From: an uncultured Pseudomonadota bacterium
Lineage (GTDB): Bacteria > Oederibacteriota > Muellerivitia > Muellerivitales > Muellerivitaceae
Direction: 5' to 3'
Length of the DNA stretch: 64,000 nt
Assembly: GCA_963836235.1 (NCBI GenBank)
Contig: CAWIIP010000004.1
Coordinates: 608,001-672,000 of the forward strand
Shown here: positions 42,267-52,542 of the stretch, piece by piece
Position numbering within the stretch: the first letter of the stretch is position 1
Layout of the letters: every line of letters begins with the position of its first letter
Position numbers and translations under genes: made by a program
Notes under the pieces: generated by a model
Database searches by the model: none
Told to the model about the DNA's origin: nothing
The model's input: the letters and a program-made list of their open reading frames with translations, nothing else

Positions 42267-43273
42267 CTTCAATTGAATCTCGAAAAGCAAAAAAACTTCT
42301 GAAGATTGAAAAAACTCCATTTTTTTCCGTAATCCTTCCTCTGGGGAGGCGAAAAGCTTTTGTGCAAAAATCCTTGGACTCAATACTGGCCCAAGATTTT
42401 GAAGATTTTGAGGTCTCTTCCGTCAGCGATAATTCCCACCTGCATGGACTCCGCCAAACTCGCTTCATGAGAGATAAACGCGTTCACCTTGTTCAGGCCA
42501 AAGAAACCGGTCTTTCGGCTGCCCGAAATATGGGTGTGAAGGCGTCAAGGGGCCGTTACGTCGTTTTTCTGGACCTCGGAGACACGTGGGAGCCCAAATA
42601 TCTTTCAACTTTAAAAAAATTAATCGAAGATTTTCCAGGCGCCGGCCTTTATGGAACCAATTATTGGATTGAAGATGGAAAAGAAAAAAGAGAAAACCCT
42701 CTCCGAATGCCTTCGGGATGGCGGGGACGCCGGAAGGATTTTTACAGCTTGATGTATTATGGGCATCCGCCTTTTTGTGTCAGTTCTGTGGCTCTACCAG
42801 CGGATTTGGCCCGGCAGAATCCTTTTCCCGAGGGCATCCTTGCGGGGGAGGATCTCCTTGTCTGGTTCAAAATTTCCTTGAAACACGAGATGGTTTATTT
42901 CAAAAAACCACTTTCAACCTATGGTAAGTCAGCGGATATAAACCATCAGGGAGTTTATTTCGGACCGCTAAAACACATGGATTGGTTGGCTTTGGGCAGG
43001 CGGTTGAAACGGGAAGGACTACTTTCGAAGGAGGCGGAAAAATTCACACTCTGGGTCACCTTGATTCAAGTAAGGAAAATGATCGCCAATGGAAGGGGAG
43101 AACAGGCCTTGGAGATTTGGGCTCGTTGCCCTAAAACCCCCTTTTTGCCCTATCAGGCCTATTTATGGTGTCTCGTTTTTCTTTCTCCGAAGATTTGGAA
43201 ATTGTTTCAACCAGGTGTTAAAATCGCGCGCTGGATATTGACCGGGAGATTTTATTCTCGGCGGATCCATTAA
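42263..43273 (+). CDS. GT2 paralog with degenerate motifs
   Basis: Start ATG 42263 overlaps the upstream stop. GLSAARN and GED are kept, but DDGS becomes SDNS and DADD becomes DLGD. Confidence 0.8.
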   Translation: MTSIESRKAKKLLKIEKTPFFSVILPLGRRKAFVQKSLDSILAQDFEDFEVSSVSDNSHLHGLRQTRFMRDKRVHLVQAKETGLSAARNMGVKASRGRYVVFLDLGDTWEPKYLSTLKKLIEDFPGAGLYGTNYWIEDGKEKRENPLRMPSGWRGRRKDFYSLMYYGHPPFCVSSVALPADLARQNPFPEGILAGEDLLVWFKISLKHEMVYFKKPLSTYGKSADINHQGVYFGPLKHMDWLALGRRLKREGLLSKEAEKFTLWVTLIQVRKMIANGRGEQALEIWARCPKTPFLPYQAYLWCLVFLSPKIWKLFQPGVKIARWILTGRFYSRRIH

Positions 43274-43293
43274 ACCCCTTTCAGGAAAAACCC

Positions 43294-44571
43294 ATGTCCT
43301 TGCGACGAATCGGATCAATCCTCATCGTTCTGATAGGTTTTAATGTGTTTCTGGACACTTTTTTTTCTTTTGAGAGAGGAAACTTTACCATACGTCTTGT
43401 TCCCTATGCTTTTAAGAGCCTACAGTTGTTTCTCATGCTGGTTATTATATTTTATTTCCTGAGCCAGAGGATCATCCCGATAAAAATCCCGCCTGTTTTT
43501 TGGCTTTTTTTCTTTTTTGTCGGCGACATGGTGGCTTCAGTTTTTTACGCCCAGGACCAGGTCAATCCTACGGATCTTGCCCGGATGATTTTTTGGGTTC
43601 TGGCCGCTTTCGCGATTTGTCTTTTGCGGCAGGCCGATTGCTTGGAGGAAAAAGTTATGTTTGGGATGGTGGTCTTCAACTTGGGCTGGGTTTGTTTCAG
43701 GATTTTGGCCTTTAAAGTCCTCAATATTTGGATCGGAGCGCAGGTCAGTTACGATGAAACCGTTGGATTTGACAATGATGGGGTGGTCAATAACTTGGGC
43801 TATAGTCTTGTTTGGCTGGTTCCTCTGTTCTTGCTTTTTAAGTCGAAAATTCGTTTTCCCCTGCTATTCATCGTCCTTTTTTCCATGGTCGCCTCTTTCA
43901 AGCGCGGGGCTCTGTTGGGATTAATTCTGGGTTCCGTGGTTTATTATTTCCTCGACAGGAGGGTACGAGGCCGCCAAAACAGAAGCTTGGTAAAAGACAT
44001 GGCCATGGTTCTGGCTGTTCTTGCCCTGGCGGGGGTCGGCTTCCTTCTTTTCAAGGACCACATTCTCGCCCGGATGGAGGATATTAGCGGGGATAAATCC
44101 TTTGGCTCTGGCCGGGAGATCTTCTATCAAATTGTCCTCAACCATTGGGAGAGATTTGTCGGAATGAAAAAAGTAATCGGGGCCGGCTTTTTCCAAGTCA
44201 TGCCCATGTTGGGGCTTTATTACGAAAACGCCATTCCAGCGCATAGCGATTGGCTTGAAACACTTTACGATCAAGGATTTATTGGAGTGGCCATGCTGGC
44301 CGCCATTCACAGCGCCATAGTTATCCGGATTCTGGAAACAATAAAAAAAGGACGTGAGTGGGGTCCTCACCTTGCTTATTCCTACGTCATTTTTTTTCTT
44401 TCGAGCGTCTATTCGATAACGCTTTATTCCTTTGACACAACTTGGTTCGGAGTTTCCTTGGGCTACTACCTGGGAACGGATATCTTATTTAAAAGAAGGG
44501 CTGGGGAGGAACCTGTTCCAGCAAAGGCGGCGGAAAAGCCGGGTTTTTCAGCGGCGGTGGCATACCATTGA
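43294..44571 (+). CDS. O-antigen ligase/Wzy polymerase-family (Wzy_C) membrane protein
   Basis: ~11-12 TM helices; SFKRG, GSGR, IGAGF and AHSDWLE.LYDQG.IG. Confidence 0.85.
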   Translation: MSLRRIGSILIVLIGFNVFLDTFFSFERGNFTIRLVPYAFKSLQLFLMLVIIFYFLSQRIIPIKIPPVFWLFFFFVGDMVASVFYAQDQVNPTDLARMIFWVLAAFAICLLRQADCLEEKVMFGMVVFNLGWVCFRILAFKVLNIWIGAQVSYDETVGFDNDGVVNNLGYSLVWLVPLFLLFKSKIRFPLLFIVLFSMVASFKRGALLGLILGSVVYYFLDRRVRGRQNRSLVKDMAMVLAVLALAGVGFLLFKDHILARMEDISGDKSFGSGREIFYQIVLNHWERFVGMKKVIGAGFFQVMPMLGLYYENAIPAHSDWLETLYDQGFIGVAMLAAIHSAIVIRILETIKKGREWGPHLAYSYVIFFLSSVYSITLYSFDTTWFGVSLGYYLGTDILFKRRAGEEPVPAKAAEKPGFSAAVAYH

Positions 44572-45869
44572 CAAGCCTCCCGATCCGGCAGACGATTCCC
44601 CGGCATATTCTTGTTTTCGAGGCTTACACCGACGCCAATATCGGCTCCGGGGCCTTAGTGGAGAATACGGTCAACATCTTAAAAGGGAAGTACCCGAATT
44701 CCGAAATCAAAATCATGGCCCATTATCCGGCGGCGTTTAATTATGAAAACATTGAATCCATTCCGGATGTATTTGAATACCCCTTCTTAAAACCCCGTTG
44801 GATACAGGTCATTTGGCTTTTTAAAACCATGCTTTGGTTGCTTCTGGCTTATCTTCAAGCCTTGATTTTTAAATCTAAATCCTTTCTCTTGTTCAGAGAA
44901 AAGGCCCGGCCATTCCAATGGGCGGATCTGGCGGTGAGCGTTGGGGCGGAGAGACTTAACGACAAATTCGTCAAAGGACTTTTTTTTTCCGCCTTAAGCC
45001 TCGGGCTCCTGAAAGTCTTGGGAAAGAAGGTCGTTTTTTTTCCGTCCACTATCGGCCCATTCCTCTACAAGCCGACGCGCTGGCTTTCCGGGGCCGTGCT
45101 GAAACGGTTGGACCTGGTCTATACTCGGGACCGTCAGTCCACCCAAACCTGCCTGGACAAGCTTAAACTGGACCCTTCCCGGGTCGTAGAAACGGCTGAC
45201 GTGGCCGTTCTTCAATCGCAGGTTGACGCGGATATATCATGGGAACTTTTGCAGTCTTTTCAGGAAAAACAATTGTCGTCAGGAACCCCGTTGGTTGGAA
45301 TCAGCGCCATGGAATGGACTTACCGTTCCAACAAAGTGGAAACTCAATACAGTAATTATGAATCCTATATTCGGGAAATGGCACAATTGGCCGACACCCT
45401 GGTGGAGAAATACGGCGTCAAAATTGTATTGTTTTCCACTAATTACCCCATCCATGGCTGTCGGGAGGATGATGTCGCCGTCTCCCGCAAGATCCGTGAC
45501 AAAATGGCCCGCCCGGATTCGGCCATCGTGATCGACCGTTTGACCACCCCGTCCCAATTCAAAGGCATGTTGGCCTGCTCCCAGGTGAATATTGTCACTC
45601 GGATGCACGCTTGTATTCTTTCCACTGGGGCTGGAATTCCGACTCTTTCCGTCAACTATCTTTTCAAGTTGAAAGAATATATGGAGTCCCTTGGTCTTGG
45701 TGAATTTTCCATCGACATCGAAGAATTTAATGCAGAGGATATGTTGGTGGCTTTCGACAAGATGTGGAAATCCAGAGAGGATTGGAGCCGGAAAATCCGT
45801 GCTGTCATTGAAAATAAAAAAAAATCCCTGACAAAAGACATGGAACGGATGGACGATTTCATCCGATAA
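44568..45869 (+). CDS. Polysaccharide pyruvyltransferase (WcaK/AmsJ-like)
   Basis: NIGSGAL, STIGPF, YTRD, ADVA, TRMHACI and YLFK. Confidence 0.88.
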   Translation: MTSLPIRQTIPRHILVFEAYTDANIGSGALVENTVNILKGKYPNSEIKIMAHYPAAFNYENIESIPDVFEYPFLKPRWIQVIWLFKTMLWLLLAYLQALIFKSKSFLLFREKARPFQWADLAVSVGAERLNDKFVKGLFFSALSLGLLKVLGKKVVFFPSTIGPFLYKPTRWLSGAVLKRLDLVYTRDRQSTQTCLDKLKLDPSRVVETADVAVLQSQVDADISWELLQSFQEKQLSSGTPLVGISAMEWTYRSNKVETQYSNYESYIREMAQLADTLVEKYGVKIVLFSTNYPIHGCREDDVAVSRKIRDKMARPDSAIVIDRLTTPSQFKGMLACSQVNIVTRMHACILSTGAGIPTLSVNYLFKLKEYMESLGLGEFSIDIEEFNAEDMLVAFDKMWKSREDWSRKIRAVIENKKKSLTKDMERMDDFIR

Positions 45870-46021
45870 AGGCTTAGAACTCATTTCTGGTGTTGCTGAT
45901 CTGTAACTTTTGATAATTAAAATTTCTCTTGAATCAATTTGATTACCCCTTTCTTTCCGGTTAAAACATAACGGATTTGCTTTAACACTGAAAAACGACG
46001 AATCTTTGAAAAGACGGAAAA

Positions 46022-47131
46022 ATGAAAATCGCGCATATTGTTTTAAAAACCATTCCGTTTGGCGGGGGTATCGAAAAATATATTGATGAAATAGGGCCTC
46101 GCCTGGTGGCGAAGGGCCACGAGATAGTTGTTTACACGATGCGACATTATGGGAATCCTCCCGTTTCTTATAAAGGGATGAAAATAAAAACCGTTCGTGC
46201 TTTGGCTTCTAAAACAGCCGAGAAAGTGACTTCTTCTTTTTTGGCCACACTTGATGTCTGCCTCAATGAAAAGCCCGATTTGGTTCATTTTCATTCCTTC
46301 ACCCAGCAAACGACATTCCTGCCAAGGTGGGTTGGTATTCCGGTATTGGTTCAGGGGCATGGGTTGGAATGGAAAAGGTCACGTTGGAACTTGGCAGGAA
46401 AATGGTTTTTAAAATTTAGTGAATGGAGCATGGTCCATTCGGCGGACCGCTTGACCGTTGTTTCGAAGGTGCAACAAAAATACCTAAAGGAAAGATACGG
46501 GCGTGAGAGCGTGTATATCCCCACGGGGATTAATCCACCAAATCGTTTGGAACCCAAAGAAATAACCTCTCTGTGGGGGCTTAAAGGCAGGGATTATTTC
46601 CTAACGGCGGCAAGACTGGTGCCGGAGAAGGGCATTCATACCTTGATAGAAGCCTTTAATGGACTCGAAACAAGTTTTAAGTTAGTCATCGCGGGAGACG
46701 CCGGTCATGAAAAGGAATATCTCGAAAAGCTGAAGACCTTGGCCCACTGTAACCCCAGTATTATTTTTACCGGATACGTAACCGGCAAACCTTACGTCGA
46801 ATTGATGTCCAACGCCTACGCCTTTGTCCTGGCTTCCGACCTAGAGGGACTTCCTACCGTCCTGTTGGAGGCCCTGAGTTACGGGAATTGTTGCCTGGCC
46901 AGTGATATTCCGGAAAATCGGGAAGCACTAGGAGCAAAGGGAATAACTTTCCAAAGTGGTTCAGTTGAGGATTTGCGTAATACCTTGAATGATTTGGCTA
47001 AGGATACGCAAAAAGCTCAGAGCTTGCGTTCAACCGCTGCCGATGGATTGTTAGAAGGGTTTCATTGGGACAAAATCGCAGATCAATTCAACGATCTTTA
47101 CGCCCAAATGGCCAAAGATTCAGGACGTTAG
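46022..47131 (+). CDS. Glycosyltransferase family 4
   Basis: GGIE, HGLEWKR..W, ARLVPEKG and EGLP.VLLEA.SYG. Confidence 0.92.
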   Translation: MKIAHIVLKTIPFGGGIEKYIDEIGPRLVAKGHEIVVYTMRHYGNPPVSYKGMKIKTVRALASKTAEKVTSSFLATLDVCLNEKPDLVHFHSFTQQTTFLPRWVGIPVLVQGHGLEWKRSRWNLAGKWFLKFSEWSMVHSADRLTVVSKVQQKYLKERYGRESVYIPTGINPPNRLEPKEITSLWGLKGRDYFLTAARLVPEKGIHTLIEAFNGLETSFKLVIAGDAGHEKEYLEKLKTLAHCNPSIIFTGYVTGKPYVELMSNAYAFVLASDLEGLPTVLLEALSYGNCCLASDIPENREALGAKGITFQSGSVEDLRNTLNDLAKDTQKAQSLRSTAADGLLEGFHWDKIADQFNDLYAQMAKDSGR

Positions 47132-47134
47132 GCT

Positions 47135-48346
47135 ATGCGAATCCTCTATGTGAATAAATACAATTACTTGAAGGGAGGGGCCGAGCGCGTTCTTATTACC
47201 GAAATGGATATGATGAAATCCCACGGTCATGATATTGCGGTTTTCGCTTCCCGTCATCCAAACAACATGCCGAGTGAATTCTCCGGTGAGTTCGTGGAAG
47301 AGGAAAATTACTTCAACGCGGGCCTTGTCCATAAGATCAAGGCTGCTTTTAAAATTGTTTATTCTTTCGAAGCACTTGAGAAATTTGGGCGTGTAATCGA
47401 CGTATTTAAGCCCGACATCATTCACGCCCACAACATCTACGCGCAGTTAAGCACGGGGATTTTAGACGCGGCTAAAAAGAGGGATGTGCCGACGGTACTA
47501 ACCGCTCATGATTATAAGCTGGTTTGTCCCTCCTATATGATGCTGGACCATGGAAAGATATGCGAGAAATGCATGGGTGGCAATTACTATCACTGCTTTA
47601 CCACTGGATGCCACAAGGAAGACCGCGCGGCTTCTGCGGTTTATATGGCGGAAACTTATTTTAACGCCTGGTTCAAGAAATATGACTCGGTGAGGAAATT
47701 TATCTGTCCTAGCCACTTCATGATGTCCAAGATTGCCAATCGGTTCCCTGAAAAACGAATAGTTGTACTTAACAATCCGGTCGATGTTTCCGCCTACATC
47801 CCTTCTTCTAGTGATGAAGGCTACTATCTTTATACCGGGCGTCTGTCGAAGGAAAAAGGAGTCTTTACACTAATTAGGGCTTTTAAGGAAATGGGCCTGC
47901 CTTTGAAAATAGCCGGGACTGGCCCATTGGAAGGGGAATGCCATAAGCTGTCGGAGGGCGTCTCCGGTATCCAAATGATGGGCTATAAGACTGGAAAGGA
48001 ATTGGAAGAACTCTATCGAAGTGCTCATGCCTGTGTGGTGCCCTCCGAATGGTATGAAAACGCCCCAATGTCGGTTATCGAGCCTTTGGCTTATGGAAAA
48101 CCGGTGATCGGCGCACGCATTGGAGGAATTCCTGAACTGATCCAGGAAGAGAAAAGCGGCCTGCTTTTTAAGCCTTTTGAGCCGGAGGATTTGAAAGAAA
48201 AAGTTTTGAAATTGGAACGGTTATCTCGTGAAGACTATGGTGATATGTGCGGGCAGGCGCGAGAATCGGCCAAAACTCAGTTTTCTTTAGAACGACACTA
48301 CGATGATTTGTTAAAGATTTACAGGCAAGTTCTCCAAACTGATTAA
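47135..48346 (+). CDS. Glycosyltransferase family 4
   Basis: GGAE, HDYKLVCP, GRLSKEKG and WYENAPMSVIE. Confidence 0.92.
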   Translation: MRILYVNKYNYLKGGAERVLITEMDMMKSHGHDIAVFASRHPNNMPSEFSGEFVEEENYFNAGLVHKIKAAFKIVYSFEALEKFGRVIDVFKPDIIHAHNIYAQLSTGILDAAKKRDVPTVLTAHDYKLVCPSYMMLDHGKICEKCMGGNYYHCFTTGCHKEDRAASAVYMAETYFNAWFKKYDSVRKFICPSHFMMSKIANRFPEKRIVVLNNPVDVSAYIPSSSDEGYYLYTGRLSKEKGVFTLIRAFKEMGLPLKIAGTGPLEGECHKLSEGVSGIQMMGYKTGKELEELYRSAHACVVPSEWYENAPMSVIEPLAYGKPVIGARIGGIPELIQEEKSGLLFKPFEPEDLKEKVLKLERLSREDYGDMCGQARESAKTQFSLERHYDDLLKIYRQVLQTD

Positions 48347-48455
48347 AAGTACAAAACTCTATTTCAACGTCAAAATTTCTTCTGGCAAACTTGAGTAAGT
48401 GATTCACTCGTTTTTGGAGATGATTTTTTCAGAGAAGTCTAGATAGAAGAAGTGG

Positions 48456-49202
48456 CTAACTTCGTTGTTTTAATTCCAATTCTTCATGATCATCGCTTGC
48501 TGGTTTCTTTATTGAAAAAAGAAACCAGCAAGCGATGATCATGACAAAGAAAATGATATCCGATTGTTTAAGCTGCATGTAAGACTGTCGCAAGATTGAT
48601 GATTGATCCCAATTGACCAGCCTGAATTTTAAGGTAACGGCGACAAACGTCCAGCCAAAGGAGGATGGCACTACTGGCAGGTGTATCTTGGTGAAGAATC
48701 GCGAAAAGATTTTGCTGAACCGGTTGAGGAGGGGTATGATCAAAAAGTAAACCAGAAGGACCTTCGGGAACAAAAATTCCGTGTTTAAAAAATGATGTTT
48801 CTTGAATATTCCCAGATTGTGGATATTAGTCTCGGCTTGTAGATTAACATTGACCATTTTGGCCGAAGATGAAAAGTAAAAAAGCCTCTGTCCCCAGCTG
48901 ATTGTTTCTCCGCAAACAAAGAAAGTGCCCATTGCCATGAGGAGGAAAAAAATATTCCTTTTCATCCCTAATAAACTGGGGCCATTTTCGCTTTTTTCCT
49001 GGACATATTTGGCGAAAAATAAAATCGAGGCTACAAAACTGCAGAGAGTTTGCTGGGACTCGAACAAATTACCTCTGCCGGCATAATAAACAATCACGTG
49101 ATAGGGTAAAAATAAAACAATAGATGTAACACCACAAAAGACAACAATGATCAATAAAAACAGCAGCGAATTAGATGTTTTCTGCTTGTTCATTTCAACC
49201 AT
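48456..49202 (-). CDS. Uncharacterised multi-TM membrane protein
   Basis: ~6 hydrophobic segments; conserved-looking ISWGQR...NLQAETNIHN. Confidence 0.7.
   Translation of the reverse strand: MVEMNKQKTSNSLLFLLIIVVFCGVTSIVLFLPYHVIVYYAGRGNLFESQQTLCSFVASILFFAKYVQEKSENGPSLLGMKRNIFFLLMAMGTFFVCGETISWGQRLFYFSSSAKMVNVNLQAETNIHNLGIFKKHHFLNTEFLFPKVLLVYFLIIPLLNRFSKIFSRFFTKIHLPVVPSSFGWTFVAVTLKFRLVNWDQSSILRQSYMQLKQSDIIFFVMIIACWFLFSIKKPASDDHEELELKQRS
48484..48544. repeat. Perfect 27-bp inverted repeat with a 7-nt loop
   Basis: tcatgatcatcgcttgctggtttcttt-attgaaa-aaagaaaccagcaagcgatgatcatga. Confidence 0.95.
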
Positions 49203-49261
49203 TTATCCAGGCCTTAAATTTTTTATTTTAAAAAACGGCAAAATAAGCATGAGCGAAAGAA

Positions 49262-49717
49262 TTATTGTGCGCCCGCAGTTTGAAGCAATTTGACGATTTC
49301 ACTCCTTTGGCCTGATATGGCATAGGATAATGCCGAGTTTCCTGCTTTTTGCCGGGCGTTGACGTTCACACCCTTTTTGATCAAATAGTTTATAAAATTA
49401 ATATCTCCGGAATCCACGGCGCGCATCAGGACTGAAATACCCGCGTGGTAATCTTGAGCATTTACATCCGCACCTTTTTCAATCAAGAGCTTTGCTAGTT
49501 CAAAATTTTTGTTGAATACCGCGAATAGAAGGGGTGTCCATCCATCTGGTTGCCTTGTATTGATGTTCGCTCCTTTAAGGATAAGATCGCTGACCTTGCC
49601 GTTGTCGTTGCCAATAACTGCGTCAAGAAGGTCTTCGTTGTAATTGGCAAAACAAATAGACGAACTTGAAATTAGGCATAAAATTATGGGAATACTTATC
49701 CATGTGATTTTTTTCAT
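49262..49717 (-). CDS. Secreted ankyrin-repeat protein
   Basis: Signal peptide; GWTPLLFA, KGADVNA and GNSALSYA repeats. Confidence 0.9.
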   Translation of the reverse strand: MKKITWISIPIILCLISSSSICFANYNEDLLDAVIGNDNGKVSDLILKGANINTRQPDGWTPLLFAVFNKNFELAKLLIEKGADVNAQDYHAGISVLMRAVDSGDINFINYLIKKGVNVNARQKAGNSALSYAISGQRSEIVKLLQTAGAQ

Positions 49718-50114
49718 TGCTGCCTCTTGGTTAGTTTTTCTTAACTGTTTTGTAATATTAATGTAATTTGAAATTTACAATAAAATCGGTTAGGAAGTCC
49801 AATTAAAATAAGCTTATTTTGATGATTCGAGGAGGTCCAACTGCAGGACAGCCAAGTTGTCCTAATCTTTCGAACTTAGCCTCTTCTATGTTATAGATAC
49901 TCAAATATTAGGCCTTGTCGATTTTTGCTTACCAATCCGGGGTTTTTCCTTTTTCGTTTGATTCTTGTGTATCCGTTTTTGATTAATGGATAAGCACTTC
50001 AATAAATTATGATTTTGGCAATAAAATTTATAATTAAGACATTCTGGTCTCTGGAATTTAGAAATAAAACTTCGAAATTAAAAAATCATTCATATTATAT
50101 TAGGGAAACAAACC

Positions 50115-52214
50115 ATGACTTTTCGTGACTACCAAAAACCATTGTTGTTTAAAAAAACTCTATCTAGTTTCCTTGTTTTTGCCTTGGCTTTCCTCGTTCC
50201 TTTTCAAGCGCTGCGGGCTGGAACTTCCTTTTGGCAAGCCCTTCCCCTCGTCACTGAATCGAGCCTAAAGGCTGGAAACGGTGGTGGGGAAGGCTGCCAG
50301 GTAATTCAGAATTTCGCCATTGACGCTACCGGGGACTTTCTCATGATGGCCACGAACGTAGGGGGGCTTTATCGCAGTTTGGATGGTGGGGCTCGTTGGG
50401 AGCCCGCAAACGTCGGTTATGGTCCCCGGGGTGCCGCGGCATTGGCAATCGATCCAAACAATTCGCGGCGAGTGATTGCGGTTGGAGGAAATTCGGGTCG
50501 GTCTTCTGTTAATGGGCTCTGGCTTTCGACCAATCAGTCTTCCTCCTGGCACCCAGTCCTGCGGCAAAACACCAGAGCGGTTGAAACCTACCATGATTCG
50601 GTGGCCTTCGACGCCTCCAGTAAAAAAGGATCAGGAAAGGCCGCCTTTAGCACCCGGGCCTATTGGGTTGCCTATTCGGACGCCGGAGGTGGATTGTGGA
50701 AATCCATCGATGGCGGCAACAACTGGTTCGAGATCCAGGATTCCTTTGCGGATGGCATTGTCAAGGTCAACCCGGTGAGCGGCACGGTTTACTTTGCCGG
50801 CGCCAAGGGGTTCTACCGCAGCACCACGGGGGGGACCCGCTTCACCCAAATCGTCGAGGGGCCGGTTTCGGGTCTTGATGTGATCGCCACCCGGCCGAAC
50901 AACGTCTATATCCTGAAAAATGACGGGGTATATGTCTCTTCCGATTCCGGAAAAACATTTGTTCCCGTGGGAAGCGAAGGCTTGCCCACCACCGACTCGC
51001 CCGGCTTGAAGAACCTGAAGGTGAGCTCGGTGGATCCAAGCCAGATGCTCCTCAATGATGACCAAGGTTCTTACTACCAACAGGGCCATTTCTATTCAAC
51101 CGACGGGGGAAAAAGCTGGGATTCCTGTAAGCTTGATGCTTCCCTCAGTTTTATTCCCGCCAACGACCGTCCCTGGCTTTTCGTCTGGAGCCCGGTAAAG
51201 GCCAGATGCGCATGGGCCTGCGGAGGAGGGTTCGTCAGCCAAAGTTCGGATGGCGGGAAACATTTTGCCTGGTCCAACAACGGTTTCAACGGATTTACCT
51301 GCGCAGGGCTCTTCAATTTCAACCCACAGCACCCCGATTTACTCCTGGTGACCAGCCAAGACACCAACTCGGCTTTTACGCTGGATATCACCGGAATGCG
51401 GGTCCCTTGGCAATACCTGGAAGTCTCCAGGAAAGGTTGGGGCGGATTCAACTATGGAGGCTATGCCCTGAGCCCGGAGGTGATGTTCGCCGGTAACGCC
51501 GGCGATTGGGGGGGGGCGGCTACTCTCATGGTTTCCACCAATGGCGGCGATCGATGGAAAAGCACGGGGTACATTGGGAACAACACCCAAACGGCTTGTG
51601 GAGATCCTGGGAATTCTACAGTGGCTTTTTGGGACAACTATCGAACGGACGACGGAGGCGACAGTTGGCAGGTCTTGTCTGGTTGTGACGGGATTTTTAC
51701 CTATAACCCCTCCGGCGGCCAGGAGCTTTATGGGGCGAAGGGACAATCGGTGGTGGTCTCTACTGATCACGGAGTTTCCTGGAATTTTTTAATCCAGGTC
51801 CCTGGAGTGGTATTGGATTTGGCTTTCGACGGAAAACGCCGCAGACTCTATATCGCCACGGGGTCGATGTACCGATACGATATTCCAACCCGGGTTCTTA
51901 CCAACATCTCCGGCCATTTAGGACTGGATAACGGTGGAAACCAGAAGGTTGTCTCGGTGGCCGTGGACCCCCAAGTGACCGACGTCGTTTACGCGGCCTG
52001 GCATGGGGATAGTTATATCAGCAACCAAAGCGTGCGCAGGTCCCTCGATGGGGGGAAGACTTGGCGATCCTTGACGCTTCAACCGGGGGATTCGGGGCCG
52101 GATGGGGGACTGGAATCCCAATGCGTAAGGGTCCATCCGGTCACCCGATATCTTTATTCGGCGGGGAGTTGTTTCGGGATATGGAGATATCCGCCGCCGT
52201 TAAGACGTCCGTAA
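50115..52214 (+). CDS. Secreted GH74-like beta-propeller paralog lacking the linker and CTD
   Basis: Colinear with the repeated domain (GGEGCQVIQNFAID...GSCFG.W.YPPP); TDVGG is replaced by TNVGG. Confidence 0.8.
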   Translation: MTFRDYQKPLLFKKTLSSFLVFALAFLVPFQALRAGTSFWQALPLVTESSLKAGNGGGEGCQVIQNFAIDATGDFLMMATNVGGLYRSLDGGARWEPANVGYGPRGAAALAIDPNNSRRVIAVGGNSGRSSVNGLWLSTNQSSSWHPVLRQNTRAVETYHDSVAFDASSKKGSGKAAFSTRAYWVAYSDAGGGLWKSIDGGNNWFEIQDSFADGIVKVNPVSGTVYFAGAKGFYRSTTGGTRFTQIVEGPVSGLDVIATRPNNVYILKNDGVYVSSDSGKTFVPVGSEGLPTTDSPGLKNLKVSSVDPSQMLLNDDQGSYYQQGHFYSTDGGKSWDSCKLDASLSFIPANDRPWLFVWSPVKARCAWACGGGFVSQSSDGGKHFAWSNNGFNGFTCAGLFNFNPQHPDLLLVTSQDTNSAFTLDITGMRVPWQYLEVSRKGWGGFNYGGYALSPEVMFAGNAGDWGGAATLMVSTNGGDRWKSTGYIGNNTQTACGDPGNSTVAFWDNYRTDDGGDSWQVLSGCDGIFTYNPSGGQELYGAKGQSVVVSTDHGVSWNFLIQVPGVVLDLAFDGKRRRLYIATGSMYRYDIPTRVLTNISGHLGLDNGGNQKVVSVAVDPQVTDVVYAAWHGDSYISNQSVRRSLDGGKTWRSLTLQPGDSGPDGGLESQCVRVHPVTRYLYSAGSCFGIWRYPPPLRRP

Positions 52215-52542
52215 AGGGCCAATGATTTTGAAATGTTCAAAGCAAGTAAACAGTTTCCTAAAGGCAATTCGCCTATTCTTCGAATTAAATAGGAATATTT
52301 TGGAAAGGTTCCGGCTTTTTTCCGGCAGCAATTTTGACGATGCTTTTCTTTTGCCGTTTTTTCGGGTAACTTTATGTCACGTTACTTTCTATTTAAAACT
52401 TATTCATGGCTTAAGTCGGAAATTGGATTGTGACGCTTTCTCCTTCGTGCTTTTCCAGGGGGATTTAACTTTGTTTGCTTCGAAGTCGGGAATGAAATTC
52501 CTTGATAGAGTCCCTTTTAAATAAATTGCCTGAAAGGCATTA

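Noticed and set aside
52222-52524. 100-aa ORF between the propeller genes
   Set aside because: Phe/Leu-rich translation of AT-rich intergenic DNA with no motif support.
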